Source: Acidobacteriota bacterium (GTDB taxonomy: Bacteria > Acidobacteriota > UBA4820 > DSQY01). Taken from it: a stretch of 64,000 nt of DNA. Below are positions 18,105 to 28,124 of the stretch, in pieces (position 1 is the first letter of the stretch; every line of letters begins with the position of its first letter). A program made the translations under genes and the position numbers. The DNA lies in NCBI GenBank assembly GCA_040752915.1, contig JBFMHB010000001.1, forward strand, positions 78,532-142,531, given 5' to 3'. Below the pieces are notes generated by a model. The model was not told the origin of the DNA. It worked only from the letters and a program-made list of their open reading frames with translations, and ran no database searches.

Positions 18105-19008
18105 CCTCCCCCGTCACGACCTTCACGAAGATGTCGTGCATGGAGGCCTGGGCCTCCTCGAACCTGGATACCTTGACCCCCATCTCCAGCAGGCGCTTGA
18201 GCACCTTGCCCGCGTGGGCCTCGGGGCGCAGGAAGAAGCGCGCCTCGTTGGGTAGGAGCGCCGTGCTCTCGGACAGGTCCTCGAACTTCTCGGGCGACAG
18301 GTCCGCCCCGTCCGAGAACTCCACCTTCACGGCGCGCGTTCCGTATTGCTTTCGAATCTCGCCCACGTCCCCCCTCAAGACCACCCTTCCCTGATGGATC
18401 AGAGCGATGGACTGGCAGAGCTTTTCCACCTGCTCCATCTGGTGGGTGGAAAGCACCACCGTGGTTCCCTGGGTAATGGCCTCGTCGAGAACCTCCATGA
18501 ACAGCTCCGCGTTCACGGGGTCGAGGCCCGAAAAGGGTTCGTCCAGGATGGCCACTTTGGGCCGGTGCTGGATGGCGACGAGAAGTTGAATCTTCTGCTG
18601 CATGCCCTTGGAGAGTTCATCCAGGCGGTTGGCTTCCCATTTCTCCAGGCCCAATCGCTTGAGGCCCTCCGTGGCCCTGCGGGAAGATTCGGCGGCGGAG
18701 AGCCCGCGCAGGCGGCCGAAGAAACGAAGGAGCTCCCCCACCTTCATCTTGACGTAGAGGCCCCTCTCCTCCGGCAGGTAGCCGAGGGCCGAGGCGGCCA
18801 CCCTCTCCCTCGGACGCCCCATCACGTGGACCGTCCCCGCGTCCGGAAGAAGGATGCCCAGAGTCATGCGGATGAGGGTCGTCTTTCCCGCCCCGTTGGG
18901 ACCCAGAAGCCCGAAGATCCTTCCCTCCGGAATCTCCAGATCCAGAGGCTTCACCGCTTCGACTTTTCCAAAGGACTTGCGCACACTCCGATACTCGAGC
19001 GCGTTCAT
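18088..19008 (-). CDS. ABC transporter ATP-binding protein (NatA-like)
   Basis: Walker A GPNGAGKTT, signature LSKGMQQKI, Walker B AILDEPFSGLD, H-loop STHQ. Forms an operon with the permease. Confidence 0.9.
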   Translation of the reverse strand: MNALEYRSVRKSFGKVEAVKPLDLEIPEGRIFGLLGPNGAGKTTLIRMTLGILLPDAGTVHVMGRPRERVAASALGYLPEERGLYVKMKVGELLRFFGRLRGLSAAESSRRATEGLKRLGLEKWEANRLDELSKGMQQKIQLLVAIQHRPKVAILDEPFSGLDPVNAELFMEVLDEAITQGTTVVLSTHQMEQVEKLCQSIALIHQGRVVLRGDVGEIRKQYGTRAVKVEFSDGADLSPEKFEDLSESTALLPNEARFFLRPEAHAGKVLKRLLEMGVKVSRFEEAQASMHDIFVKVVTGEDGHAN

Positions 19009-19155
19009 GGCGCCTCCCCGGTCATTCTACTCGGTTCCCCCGCGCCTTTCGCCCCACCTTTTTCCTTTCGAATCTCCCATCGCACCTTCCGGGTCCCTCG
19101 ACCTTCCTTCACGCCCCACGTCTCTCGTCTCGCCTTTCTCATCCCGCTCCTGGTC

Positions 19156-20085
19156 TCACGCCCTTTTCCTCTGGTATACGTCCGTGCTGAGGTACTTGAG
19201 GCCCGAGTCGCACAGGAGGGTCACAACTCGGGAGCCCGGGCCGAGTCTTCGAGCCACACGGAGGGCCGCTACAACGTTGGCTCCCGAGGAGGTGCCCGCG
19301 AAGAGGCCCTCCTCCCGCGCCAGGCGACGCGCCATTTCCTTGGCCTCGGCCGTCGCCACGGGAACGATTTCGTCTACGAGAGAGGGCTCCCACAGCGGCG
19401 GCGTGAAGCCGATGCCCACCCCTTCGATCTTGTGGGGCCCCGGCGGGCCGCCGGACAGGACCGCCGATTCGGCGGGCTCCACGGCGGCGACCCGCAAATT
19501 CGCCTTGCGCGCCTTCAGCGCCGTCGCCACCCCCCGCGAGGAGGCCCCGGTGCCCACGCTTTGGACGAAGGCATCCACCTTCCCATTCGTTTGCTCCCAG
19601 ATCTCTTCTCCCAGCGAAACGTAGCCCGAAACGCTGTCCAGGTTGGTCAATTGGTCCGTCCAGTAGGTGTTCGGCTCTCCGCTCAAGGCCCGCGCCGCTT
19701 CGATCATGTCCAGGATCAATTTCTTCGTCGTGAGCCCGCCCTCGCTCGGCACGAGGGTCAGTTCCGCCCCGAGGGCCGCCATGTGGTCCAGCTTCTCTGC
19801 GCTGAAGGCATCGGAGGTTACGATTCGAAGTCGGTAGCCTTTCGCCGCGCACACCAGGGCGAGGGACGCCCCCGTACTGCCGCCCGTGTACTCCACGACC
19901 GTTCCTCCCGCCCTTAGACGCCCGTCCGCCTCGGCCCGCTCGATCACCGCACGGGCCATGCGGTCCTTCATGCTCCCCGTGGGGTTCTCCCACTCCAGCT
20001 TCACCCAGATTTCCCCACAGCCTTCGGGCACGACTTTCCGGAGCCCCACCAGGGACGTGTTCCCGATGGAATCCAGCACGCTCAT
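19156..20085 (-). CDS. Cysteine synthase family PLP-dependent enzyme (CysK/CysM-like), paralog 1
   Basis: Start set at MSVLDSIGNTSLVGL (reverse ATG 20085..20083), not the ORF-track start 20427 whose first 114 residues are Arg/Pro-rich. PLP-lysine block NPTGSMKDR, Gly loop GTGAS, and the C-terminal TSSGAN block. Confidence 0.85.
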   Translation of the reverse strand: MSVLDSIGNTSLVGLRKVVPEGCGEIWVKLEWENPTGSMKDRMARAVIERAEADGRLRAGGTVVEYTGGSTGASLALVCAAKGYRLRIVTSDAFSAEKLDHMAALGAELTLVPSEGGLTTKKLILDMIEAARALSGEPNTYWTDQLTNLDSVSGYVSLGEEIWEQTNGKVDAFVQSVGTGASSRGVATALKARKANLRVAAVEPAESAVLSGGPPGPHKIEGVGIGFTPPLWEPSLVDEIVPVATAEAKEMARRLAREEGLFAGTSSGANVVAALRVARRLGPGSRVVTLLCDSGLKYLSTDVYQRKRA

Positions 20086-20417
20086 CGCCACCTCCCTCCC
20101 GCCGGTCCATTCCACCACGCGGCGCGTAAACGCCTCAAGCCCGAATGGGAAGACGAAGGGCCGGCCCAGTCTCGCTCCGGGGAAGGCTGTCATCGCGTCC
20201 CATGAGGCGGGTCGTTTGGGAAGGCGGCGCGTGGGGCGCAACAGGCCCCCTCCAGGCCGGAGGAGAGCGCCGCCGCGAAGGGGGGGCTTCCACCGAGCCC
20301 GCCACCGGGATGACCCTCGGGAAACGGCTCGCCGGTCCGTTGGACGCGACCGCTCCGGCCTGCCCGCTCCGTTGAAAACCGAACACGCCTGGGGCATACT
20401 GGGCCGCGGGAGTCGGG

Positions 20418-21071
20418 ATGGCGACAACTCCGGAACTGCGGTACCCCTATCTGGCCGTGGAAGGCCCCATCGGGGTCGGCAAGACGACTCTCGCGCGTCT
20501 CCTGGCCCGCCGCCTGGGCGCCACCCTCCTTCTCGAGGATGTGCAGAACCCCTTCCTTTCGGATTTTTATTCCGGCAAGAAGGGCTCCGCCTTTCAGTGC
20601 CAGCTGTTCTTCCTCCTGACCCGGTACCAGCAGCAGCAGCACCTCGTCCAGCGCAGTCTCTTCGACTCCCGAATGGTGGCGGACTATCTTCCCCGCAAGG
20701 ACAAGATCTTCGCGTACCTGAACCTCGACGACTCAGAGCTGGTCCTGTACGAGAAGCTTTACGGCCTCCTGATGGAGAACCTCCCCAAGCCCGAGGCCGT
20801 CATCTACCTGCAGGCCACCACCCCCACGCTCCAGAAACGCATCCGCGCCCGGTCGCGCGACTTCGAAAAACGCATTTCGGACGAGTACATCGAAGAACTC
20901 AACCGCGCGTACAACCACTTCTTTTTTCACTACCGGGACACGCCCCTCTTGATTGTGAACACGAATGATGTAGATTTTGAGAGGGATCCCTCGGAGCTGG
21001 ATCACCTGATCGCCCAGGTGAACCGGTTGGAGAGGGAGGTCCTCTTTTACGCTCCGCCCGCATTCCGATAG
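20418..21071 (+). CDS. Deoxynucleoside kinase (dNK family)
   Basis: P-loop GPIGVGKTT, LLEDVQNPFL, and the ERS/DRY-like motif region; 217 aa, typical of dAK/dGK/dCK family members. Confidence 0.85.
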   Translation: MATTPELRYPYLAVEGPIGVGKTTLARLLARRLGATLLLEDVQNPFLSDFYSGKKGSAFQCQLFFLLTRYQQQQHLVQRSLFDSRMVADYLPRKDKIFAYLNLDDSELVLYEKLYGLLMENLPKPEAVIYLQATTPTLQKRIRARSRDFEKRISDEYIEELNRAYNHFFFHYRDTPLLIVNTNDVDFERDPSELDHLIAQVNRLEREVLFYAPPAFR

Positions 21072-21164
21072 TCGGGAGCGGGACGGGGTCGGAACGCCTG
21101 ACCGAGTGCTTTCCCTCAAGCCCAAGGGGCCGCCCCGAGGGATGGGGAGAAAGGAGAACCACCC

Positions 21165-22049
21165 ATGTCCAAGATCCGGGAAGCGATTCCCCAGGCCGTC
21201 ACCGTTCCTTCTCTGCGGGGGCGCAAGGGCCGGGACAAGATCGTCATGATGACGGCTTACGATTACCCCTCGGCACGGATCGCCGAGGACGCGGGAGCCG
21301 ACGTCCTCCTCGTGGGAGACTCCCTCGGGATGGTGGTCCAGGGCCAGGGGGATACCCTCTCGGTAACGCTGGACCAGATGGCCTACCACTGCTCCATGGT
21401 TTCGCGGGCGGCCCGCCGCGCTCTGGTGGTGGCGGACATGCCCTTTCTCACCTATCACACGGGCTGGCAGGATGCGGTCCGGAACTGCGGCCGGTGCTTC
21501 CAGGAGGGCGGCGTTCAGGCGGTGAAGATCGAGGGAGGCCGGCGCCGGGCCGCCTTGATCCGGCGGCTCGTGGCCAGCGACATGCCCGTTCTGGGCCACA
21601 TCGGCCTGACGCCCCAAAGCCTCCACCACCTCGGCGGGTTCAAGGTGCAGGGAAAGAGCCTGGAGGCCGCCCGGGGCTTGGTGGACGACGCCCGGGCCGT
21701 CGAGGAAGCGGGGGCTTTCGCCGTGGTGTTGGAATGCATCCCCATGGAGGTGGCCGCGGAAATCACCGCCGCCGTCTCCATCCCGACGGTGGGCATCGGC
21801 GCGGGCCCGAACTGCGACGGCCAGGTCCTGGTCTTTCACGATCTCCTGGGCTTGTACGACGGCAGGCTGCCGCGATTCGTCCGGCGGTACGGAGATTTCG
21901 GCCGGCAGATGCGGGAGGCCCTCGCTCGCTTCCGCGAGGATGTACGTTCGGGCGCCTTTCCAGCGGAAGCCGAGTCCTTCCACCTCCCCGAGGAGGTGGC
22001 CGTCCACTTCGAGGAGGGGAACCGCCGTGCGGATCCTGCGTCTCGCTGA
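21165..22049 (+). CDS. panB: 3-methyl-2-oxobutanoate hydroxymethyltransferase
   Basis: IVMMTAYDY, LLVGDSLGMVVQG, VKIEGG, GHIGLTPQS, IPTVGIGAG — the canonical KPHMT blocks. Confidence 0.95.
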   Translation: MSKIREAIPQAVTVPSLRGRKGRDKIVMMTAYDYPSARIAEDAGADVLLVGDSLGMVVQGQGDTLSVTLDQMAYHCSMVSRAARRALVVADMPFLTYHTGWQDAVRNCGRCFQEGGVQAVKIEGGRRRAALIRRLVASDMPVLGHIGLTPQSLHHLGGFKVQGKSLEAARGLVDDARAVEEAGAFAVVLECIPMEVAAEITAAVSIPTVGIGAGPNCDGQVLVFHDLLGLYDGRLPRFVRRYGDFGRQMREALARFREDVRSGAFPAEAESFHLPEEVAVHFEEGNRRADPASR

Positions 22050-22887
22050 GGAGGCCCGTGCTTTCAGCCGGTCCGCGCGGGCGGGCGGCGAAACGGTGGC
22101 CCTGGTTCCCACCATGGGCTACCTGCACGAGGGACACCTGTCGCTCGTGCGCCTGGCCCGGCGTCGCGCCTCCCGGGTGATGGCGACGATCTTCGTGAAT
22201 CCCCTCCAGTTCGGTCCCCGGGAAGACCTTTCGCGCTATCCCCGGGACTTCGACCGGGACAGGTCCCTCCTCGAGCGGGAGGGCGTGGATGCCCTTTTCG
22301 CCCCCGAAGTGGAAGAGATGTACCCCGCCGGGGCCTGCACTCGAGTCGTGGTGGAAGGCCCTCTGACCGAAGGGCTTTGCGGCGCCCGCCGTCCGGGCCA
22401 CTTCGCCGGCGTGGCCACGGTCGTGGCCAAGCTCTTCGCCCTCTCCGAGCCGGACGTGGCCGTATTCGGACAAAAGGACGCCCAGCAAGCGGCCGTGATC
22501 CGCCGCATGACGCGGGACCTCAACTTGCCCGTGGAAATCGTGGTGGCCCCCATCGTGCGCGAAGCCGACGGCCTCGCCATGTCCAGCCGCAACGTGTATT
22601 TGAACGCCGAGGAACGCTCCCAGGCCGTGGTCCTGAGCCAGGCTCTCGCCTCCGCCCAGGCCTCCTTCGAAACGGGCGAACGCCGGACGGCGGCCCTCCT
22701 CGAAATCGCGCGGCGAGTCATCGCCTCGGCGCCGCTGGCGCGACTGGATTACGCCGAGATCGTAGACGCCGAGACCTTCTTGCCCGCAGAACAGGTCTCC
22801 TCCCCTTCCCTGCTCGCCCTGGCCGTCCATTTCGGCTCCACGCGGCTCATCGACAACACCGTGCTCCAACCCGATCGTGAGGCCTGA
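22028..22887 (+). CDS. panC: Pantoate--beta-alanine ligase
   Basis: GTG start at 22028 (VRILRLAEEAR), overlapping the panB 3' end. LVPTMGYLHEGHLSL (HIGH-type motif), FVNPLQFGP, GHFAGVATVVAKLF, MSSRN. Confidence 0.9.
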
Positions 22888-22890
22888 GCC

Positions 22891-23283
22891 ATGCTGTTGA
22901 ACGTACTGAAGGGAAAAATCCACCGCGCCACCGTCACGGACGCCGACCTCGCCTACGAAGGTTCCGTCACCCTCGACGCGGCTCTCATGGAAGCCGCCGG
23001 CATCGTCCCCCACGAAGCCGTGGAGATCTACGACGTGACCAACGGCTCACGGCTCCGCACCTATACGCTCTGGGCCCCCCCTGGCTCCGGAGTGGTGTGC
23101 ATCAACGGGGCCGCCGCCCACCTCGTGAAGAAGGGGGACGTCGTGATCCTGTGCGCCTACGCCCTCATGGATCCCGCGGAGGCCTCGCTTTTCCGACCCC
23201 GCGTGGTTCTCGTGGACGGCGAAAACCGCATCAAGAACGTCTCCCGCTATGACGGCGGGCGCCTTCAAGACGATGACCGGTAG
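22891..23283 (+). CDS. panD: Aspartate 1-decarboxylase
   Basis: [25 protein letters not shown] (pro-enzyme cleavage region G24-S25), NGAAAH, and CAY — near-colinear with E. coli PanD. Confidence 0.9.
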   Translation: MLLNVLKGKIHRATVTDADLAYEGSVTLDAALMEAAGIVPHEAVEIYDVTNGSRLRTYTLWAPPGSGVVCINGAAAHLVKKGDVVILCAYALMDPAEASLFRPRVVLVDGENRIKNVSRYDGGRLQDDDR

Positions 23284-23782
23284 GGGAAGGCTGGGGCGGG
23301 CCCTTCTCGCGGCGGCGTTCGTTCTCGCCGGGGCCACAGCCCGCGCTCAGGCCGATCCGGCCTTTGACCTGTTTCTCAAGAGCGACTACGGGAGCGCCCG
23401 AGTCTGGATCAACACGGCCACGGGAGAGTTCCGGTGGCTGGACGCCGGTAAGGGCCTGGACCTGCGCGGACGGGGGTCCCTCGCCTTCCCCAACCTGGGC
23501 CCCGTGGTCTTCTCCGTGTCAGGCGAATTTCCCGGGTACGACTGGGTCAGCGCCACGCTGAAGATCTACGGGACCACGGCCACCGGGTACCTTGCGGCTT
23601 TTCCTGCCGGAGAAAGGGTCCGCAAGGTGACTTCGAACTTCTTCGACCGGAACACCCGGGACGACCTCCCCAAGCCCCGAAAAGCCGACCGGGGAGGTAC
23701 CTCGAAGCCTCCCACGCCTCCCCCGCCGCCGCCCTCGGTGGGGGAAATCCGAACGGCCCCCCCGGAGGTTCCGAAGGGATGA
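23249..23782 (+). CDS. Hypothetical secreted protein with Pro-rich C-terminus; true start probably the ATG at 23273
   Basis: Signal peptide [27 protein letters not shown], overlapping the panD 3' end. No known domain motif. Confidence 0.45.
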   Translation: MTAGAFKTMTGRGRLGRALLAAAFVLAGATARAQADPAFDLFLKSDYGSARVWINTATGEFRWLDAGKGLDLRGRGSLAFPNLGPVVFSVSGEFPGYDWVSATLKIYGTTATGYLAAFPAGERVRKVTSNFFDRNTRDDLPKPRKADRGGTSKPPTPPPPPPSVGEIRTAPPEVPKG

Positions 23783-23948
23783 CGGCGATGCAGGCGGACC
23801 GACGGATGGGCGCGGGCGGGATGGTGGGCATCTCCCCCTGCCGGACCTCGGGTACAAGACGGCCGCCCGCCCCGGACCACGGCCCCTGCGGCCGGCTCGC
23901 CCTCGAGGCGGGCTGATTGGCGCCTTCCGCCTCGCCTCCGTCGCCCCT

Positions 23949-24686
23949 CTAAATCCCGTAGGCCTTCAAGTCGAAGGGAAAGGCGGCGCGCTGAGCGGCC
24001 ATGAGGCGGTCGATTCCCCCGGCCGCCACGGCGAGGAGCGCGTCGAGATCGGCTTTGGAAAAGGGCTCGTGCTCGGCGGTTCCTTGCACCTCGATGAACC
24101 GCCCGTCATCGGTCATGACGACGTTCATGTCCACCTCGGCGATGCTGTCCTCTTCGTAGTTGAGGTCCAGGATCTTCTCGCCCCGCAGAACGCCCACGCT
24201 GGTGGCCGCCACCATGTGTTTCACGGGAAAGGTCTTGATGAGCTTGGCCTCGGCGAGGTGATGGAAGGCCAGAACCATGGCCACGAAGGAGCCCGTGATG
24301 GCCGCCGTGCGGGTTCCGCCGTCGGCCTGAAGGACGTCGCAGTCGATCCAGACGGTGCGGTCCGGAAGGGCCGAGAGGTCGGCCACCGACCGGAGCGAGC
24401 GGCCGATGAGCCGCTGGATCTCCTGGGTGCGGCCCGACTGACGGCCGCGGGACGCCTCGCGCGGCGTCCTCTGCTGGGTGGACCCCGGGAGCATGCCGTA
24501 CTCGGCGGTGATCCAGCCCTGCCCCGTCCCTTTCATGAAGGGCGGAACCCTGTCCTCCACGGTGGCCGTGCAGAGAACCTTGGTGCGCCCGCACTCGACC
24601 AGGCAGGACCCTTCCGGGAAGGCCACGAAGCCCGGGTGGATGGCCACGGGTCTCATCTCGTTCGCGCTGCGTCCGTCGTTCCTCAT
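23949..24686 (-). CDS. rph: Ribonuclease PH
   Basis: Start at [13 protein letters not shown] (reverse ATG 24686..24684), with an ATGA overlap onto the murI stop. Blocks [39 protein letters not shown] match RNase PH. Confidence 0.9.
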   Translation of the reverse strand: MRNDGRSANEMRPVAIHPGFVAFPEGSCLVECGRTKVLCTATVEDRVPPFMKGTGQGWITAEYGMLPGSTQQRTPREASRGRQSGRTQEIQRLIGRSLRSVADLSALPDRTVWIDCDVLQADGGTRTAAITGSFVAMVLAFHHLAEAKLIKTFPVKHMVAATSVGVLRGEKILDLNYEEDSIAEVDMNVVMTDDGRFIEVQGTAEHEPFSKADLDALLAVAAGGIDRLMAAQRAAFPFDLKAYGI

Positions 24687-25528
24687 GGAAGAACCAACCT
24701 TTCTTCGGATACGGGCCTCAATTCGGGAACGGGTTCGCCCAGGATCCTTTCGCCCACATCGCGAAAGTGCGTCCCCGCATCGGTGACGTAACAGGTGAGC
24801 CGGCCGCGCGGGGCCCCCGGAACGGCAGGCTTCAAGGAGGGCGCGAGGGCATCGGCGGCGGCGGCGGCCGAGGAGATCAACGCCACGCTCGGGCCTGCCA
24901 CCTCCGCCAGCACGGGGATGAGGACGGGGTAATGAGTGCAACCGAGAATGAGCGTGTCCACCCGGCGCTCGAGGAGGGGTGCGAGGTAGCGCGCCGCCAC
25001 CTCCCTGGCCACGGGATCCTCGGCCCAGCCTTCCTCCACCAGGGGGACAAAAAGGGGGCAGGGCTCGGAGAAGACCTCAATCGCGGGATCCAGTCTCGCC
25101 AGAGCGCTCGCGTAGGCCCCGCTCGCCACCGTGGCCCGCGTCCCGATGAGCCCCACGCGGCCATTCCTTGTAGCCTTCGCGGCGGCTTCGGCCCCTGGAC
25201 CGATCATGCCCAACACGGGCACCGGCAACTCCTCTTTCAGAACTTCCAAGGCAAGGGACGATGAGGTGTTGCAGGCCACCACGAGGTGGCGGATCCCCCG
25301 CCCCGTCAGAAAGCGTCCGATCTCCCGGGAATAGCGCACCACCGTCTCGGGCGACTTGTTTCCGTAGGGAACCCTAGCCGTGTCTCCGAAGTAGAGGATG
25401 TCCTCGCCGGGAAAGGCGCGGCGGATCTCCCGGACCACCGTGAGGCCGCCCACCCCCGAGTCGAAGACGCCGACGGGGCCCTTATTCACCCGCGACTCCT
25501 CCCAGCCCTTCGGATCGGCGCAACTCAA
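24683..25528 (-). CDS. murI: Glutamate racemase
   Basis: [22 protein letters not shown] and ILGCTHYP (both catalytic Cys regions). The start may be a downstream GTG. Confidence 0.9.
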   Translation of the reverse strand: MSCADPKGWEESRVNKGPVGVFDSGVGGLTVVREIRRAFPGEDILYFGDTARVPYGNKSPETVVRYSREIGRFLTGRGIRHLVVACNTSSSLALEVLKEELPVPVLGMIGPGAEAAAKATRNGRVGLIGTRATVASGAYASALARLDPAIEVFSEPCPLFVPLVEEGWAEDPVAREVAARYLAPLLERRVDTLILGCTHYPVLIPVLAEVAGPSVALISSAAAAADALAPSLKPAVPGAPRGRLTCYVTDAGTHFRDVGERILGEPVPELRPVSEERLVLP

Positions 25529-26075
25529 GGCCCAGAAGGCGGTTTTCGGGGCAGATGGGCTTGGAGAGGTCCAGGTGGCCGAGGAGGGTGTCCGTCTCGC
25601 GGCCTTCGATGAGGACCTGCACGGATCGGATCTCGGGGAAATTCCAGACGAGCGTGTTGACGATGCCGTAAATGCGATGGACCTCCGTGTGAACGCCGCC
25701 TCCGGAGGTCACGGGTCCTCCCAGGTCCACCACGGCCCTGGCTCCCGAAACAAGGTACAGGGCCCGAAGGGTGCAGTGCTCGGGAAAAGGGGAAAAGCGC
25801 CCCTCCCCGGCGGGCCCCTGAATGTACCTCGACACGAGGAGGGCCATGGACTCCTCGGGCGTGGCGCCGGCGGCCATGCGGACCTTCTCCGCGTGAAGCA
25901 GGCCGTCCTCCGCGGACGGGTAGAGGAGGGTCCTTTCCGCTTCGTCCCCCTCCGGCACGGCGACGGAGGGCCCGCCCTCCGGTGAGGGTGTGGGCGCCCC
26001 GCCTCCTCCGCAGCCGAGCAGATAGACCAGGGGGAGGACAAGCAGGAAGGCGAATGCCCGCCGGTCAGGGGACAT
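25482..26075 (-). CDS. GerMN-domain lipoprotein
   Basis: Lipobox LLGC after a signal peptide. GerMN-like blocks LYLVSGARAVVDLGG, IYGIVNTLVWNFPEIRSVQVLIEG, GHLDLSKP. Confidence 0.6.
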   Translation of the reverse strand: MSPDRRAFAFLLVLPLVYLLGCGGGGAPTPSPEGGPSVAVPEGDEAERTLLYPSAEDGLLHAEKVRMAAGATPEESMALLVSRYIQGPAGEGRFSPFPEHCTLRALYLVSGARAVVDLGGPVTSGGGVHTEVHRIYGIVNTLVWNFPEIRSVQVLIEGRETDTLLGHLDLSKPICPENRLLGLELRRSEGLGGVAGE

Positions 26076-27615
26076 CGGCCGGCGCCGCGGGGTTTTCATA
26101 CCGCTCCTTGAAGGCCGCCACGGCCTCGGCGAGGCCGCGGGCCACCTGCTCTTGGAAGGATGGATCGTTCACTTTTCGGAGGTCATCACCGTGGGTCAAG
26201 AAGGCCACCTCCACGAGCACCGCGGGCATGCGCGCCCCTTCGAGCACCGCGAAAGGGGCCTGGCGGACGGACCGGCTGGCGGTTCCAAGGATGGAGTTCA
26301 GGTTCTGCTGGATGGTCTCGGCGAGAAAGGCGCTCTCCACAAGGAAGGCTGTCTGGGCCATTTCCCAAAGGACGAGATGGAGGCCGGACCCGGTATCGGT
26401 TCCCTGTCCCTCCAAATTTTCCTTGGAAGCCAGTTCGCTGGCCCAGAGGTCCGTGGCATCCCGGCTCATGAAGTAGACCTCGGGGCCCCTCGCGCCGGGC
26501 GCGGGGGAAGCGTTGAGGTGGATGGAGAGGAACAGGTCGGCCTGATTGAAGTTGGCGATGGCGGTCCTCTGCATCAAGGAAACAGTGGAGTCCTCCGTAC
26601 GCGTCAGGACGACCTTGAGTCCCTGCGCCTCCAGCAGAGGAACCAACCTCTGGCTCAGCTCGAGGGCGATGTCCTTCTCGGTCCGCCCACCGGGAGCGAC
26701 GGCTCCTGTGTCCCCTCCCCCGTGGCCGGGATCGAGGACGACGACGTCCAGGGCAGGCGTCTTCACGGGCATTTCCTTGGCGAATGATGTCCCAGGTGAC
26801 TCGGGAGCCGACGCTGCCGGCTCCGGCGGTAGCCCTGGCCCTGCATTCCCGGATGGAGGCGGGGCGGGGACCTGCTGACTCTCCCCCTTCACGGCCAGGA
26901 CAAGCCGTTCAGGGTTTCTGAGTTTGAGGATGTCCAGCTTCTTGAACCGGTCCCCCAGGTCGACCCGAAGGACCTTCCCTTCGCGGTCCGGGGCCACCCG
27001 CTCCACGATGCCCCTCCCGAGTTCGTGGGCCGGCGCGGAGAAGGCGCCGCTCCTGAGCCGCACCAGGACCTCTCGTCCCGACCGAGTCACCTCCGCCCCC
27101 GTCACCCCCTCCCCGGCCAGGGTGATGCGAACGAAGTCCGCGCTCACCGCCGTGTCCACGGTGACAGCCTGTCCGGAGCCGGCAACGCTCTTCACCGGAG
27201 GAACGACCTGGACCATGGGTTTGGCCTCTTCGCCGAGGATTCGAACCGGGCCTCCGAGCGCTTTCGGGAGCACGTTCGTCAGGAATTCCTCGGGGAGCCA
27301 CAAGCAGCCCTCGGCCTCCCTCGGCACGTGGGCCATCTTCACGATCTGGCCGTCCAGGGAAACCATCGGAGAGGCCGTGGACACGAGAATGCGCCGCCCG
27401 CCGAGGAGAAGCGCCGGGTAGGAGGAGACCGAGTCCTTCCCCACGGAGCCCTTCAGATGACGGGCGAGCTCGTCGGCGCAAACCCAACGGACCCCCTGAT
27501 AGACCCTCTCCCGCACCGAAAACAGGCCCGTCGGGGCCGAAACGTCCATCGCACGAAAACCGACGGCAAGGAGGAGGGCCGCCCCCGCCGACAGCGCGCC
27601 TCGATTCAGCTTCAT
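26065..27615 (-). CDS. N-acetylmuramoyl-L-alanine amidase (AmiC-like: AMIN domain + Amidase_3)
   Basis: Signal peptide, then an N-terminal AMIN-like beta domain, a Pro-rich linker, and an Amidase_3 catalytic domain with LDPGHGGGDTGAV, Zn-ligand E (KDIALE) and H (SIHLNA). Confidence 0.85.
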   Translation of the reverse strand: MKLNRGALSAGAALLLAVGFRAMDVSAPTGLFSVRERVYQGVRWVCADELARHLKGSVGKDSVSSYPALLLGGRRILVSTASPMVSLDGQIVKMAHVPREAEGCLWLPEEFLTNVLPKALGGPVRILGEEAKPMVQVVPPVKSVAGSGQAVTVDTAVSADFVRITLAGEGVTGAEVTRSGREVLVRLRSGAFSAPAHELGRGIVERVAPDREGKVLRVDLGDRFKKLDILKLRNPERLVLAVKGESQQVPAPPPSGNAGPGLPPEPAASAPESPGTSFAKEMPVKTPALDVVVLDPGHGGGDTGAVAPGGRTEKDIALELSQRLVPLLEAQGLKVVLTRTEDSTVSLMQRTAIANFNQADLFLSIHLNASPAPGARGPEVYFMSRDATDLWASELASKENLEGQGTDTGSGLHLVLWEMAQTAFLVESAFLAETIQQNLNSILGTASRSVRQAPFAVLEGARMPAVLVEVAFLTHGDDLRKVNDPSFQEQVARGLAEAVAAFKERYENPAAPADVP

Positions 27616-27755
27616 TCGGGCTCCCCGTCCCGCCTTGCGGGACACCAGCGCATTGTACCGATCCCCGCCCTCCCTCGCAATGGAGGCGCGCCCCTCGGGG
27701 GGGTCTCCGGCGGCCTTGACCCTGGCTCCGCTTCTGCGCTATCGTTCTGGTCGGC

Positions 27756-27831
27756 GCGGGCGTAGCTCAGTCGGTAGAGCGCGAGCTTCCCAAGCTTGAG
27801 GTCGCGGGTTCGAGACCCGTCGCCCGCTCCA
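27756..27831 (+). tRNA. tRNA-Gly (anticodon CCC)
   Basis: Manually folded cloverleaf: acceptor GCGGGCG/CGCCCGC, D-arm GCTC-AGTCGGT-AGAGC, anticodon stem CGAGC/GCTTG with loop TTCCCAA (U33-CCC-A37), T-arm GCGGG-TTCGAGA-CCCGT, discriminator U73, encoded CCA. Confidence 0.85.
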
Positions 27832-27842
27832 GAGAATCCGAA

Positions 27843-27874
27843 GAGGGAGGCTGTGCCTCCCTTTCTTGTTTCTG
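27843..27874 (+). terminator. Rho-independent terminator-like hairpin after tRNA-Gly
   Basis: GGGAGGC-tgt-GCCTCCC stem-loop followed by a TTTCTTGTTTCT U-rich tract. Confidence 0.5.
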
Positions 27875-28058
27875 CGGATTCGAAGGCAAAAGGGTCGAGA
27901 AGGGCGGGACACGCCGAGGCGTTGCCGCGAGAACGCGACCGAGGAGGGAGCGTTCGCAGCGCAACAACGCCCGGCGAGAGACCCGCCCCGGGAACCGTAG
28001 GCGCCGTTGCGCGCGCAAGCGGCCGGACTCCGACGGCCGCGAGCACGCTACGGCGCGT

Positions 28059-28085
28059 AGGTTCGAGACCCGTCGCCCGCTCCAG
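28059..28085 (+). repeat. 27-nt direct repeat of the tRNA-Gly 3' end (T-arm + acceptor 3' strand); putative att-site remnant
   Basis: GGTTCGAGACCCGTCGCCCGCTCCAGA occurs at 27807..27833 (inside the tRNA) and again identically at 28059..28085, with no 5' half of a tRNA upstream of the second copy. Confidence 0.7.
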
Positions 28086-28094
28086 AATACCCAA

Positions 28095-28124
28095 AGAGGG
28101 AGGCCCAGCCTCCTTCTTTTTTTT
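28095..28124 (+). terminator. Strong Rho-independent terminator after the duplicated tRNA 3' end
   Basis: GGAGGC-cca-GCCTCC hairpin followed by TTCTTTTTTTTT; near-identical in sequence to the hairpin at 27843..27874. Confidence 0.55.

Noticed and set aside
27875-28058. Second complete tRNA between the two copies of the tRNA-Gly 3' end
   Set aside because: No acceptor 5' strand, D-arm or anticodon arm can be folded upstream of the second 3'-end copy. Only the T-arm and acceptor 3' strand are duplicated.
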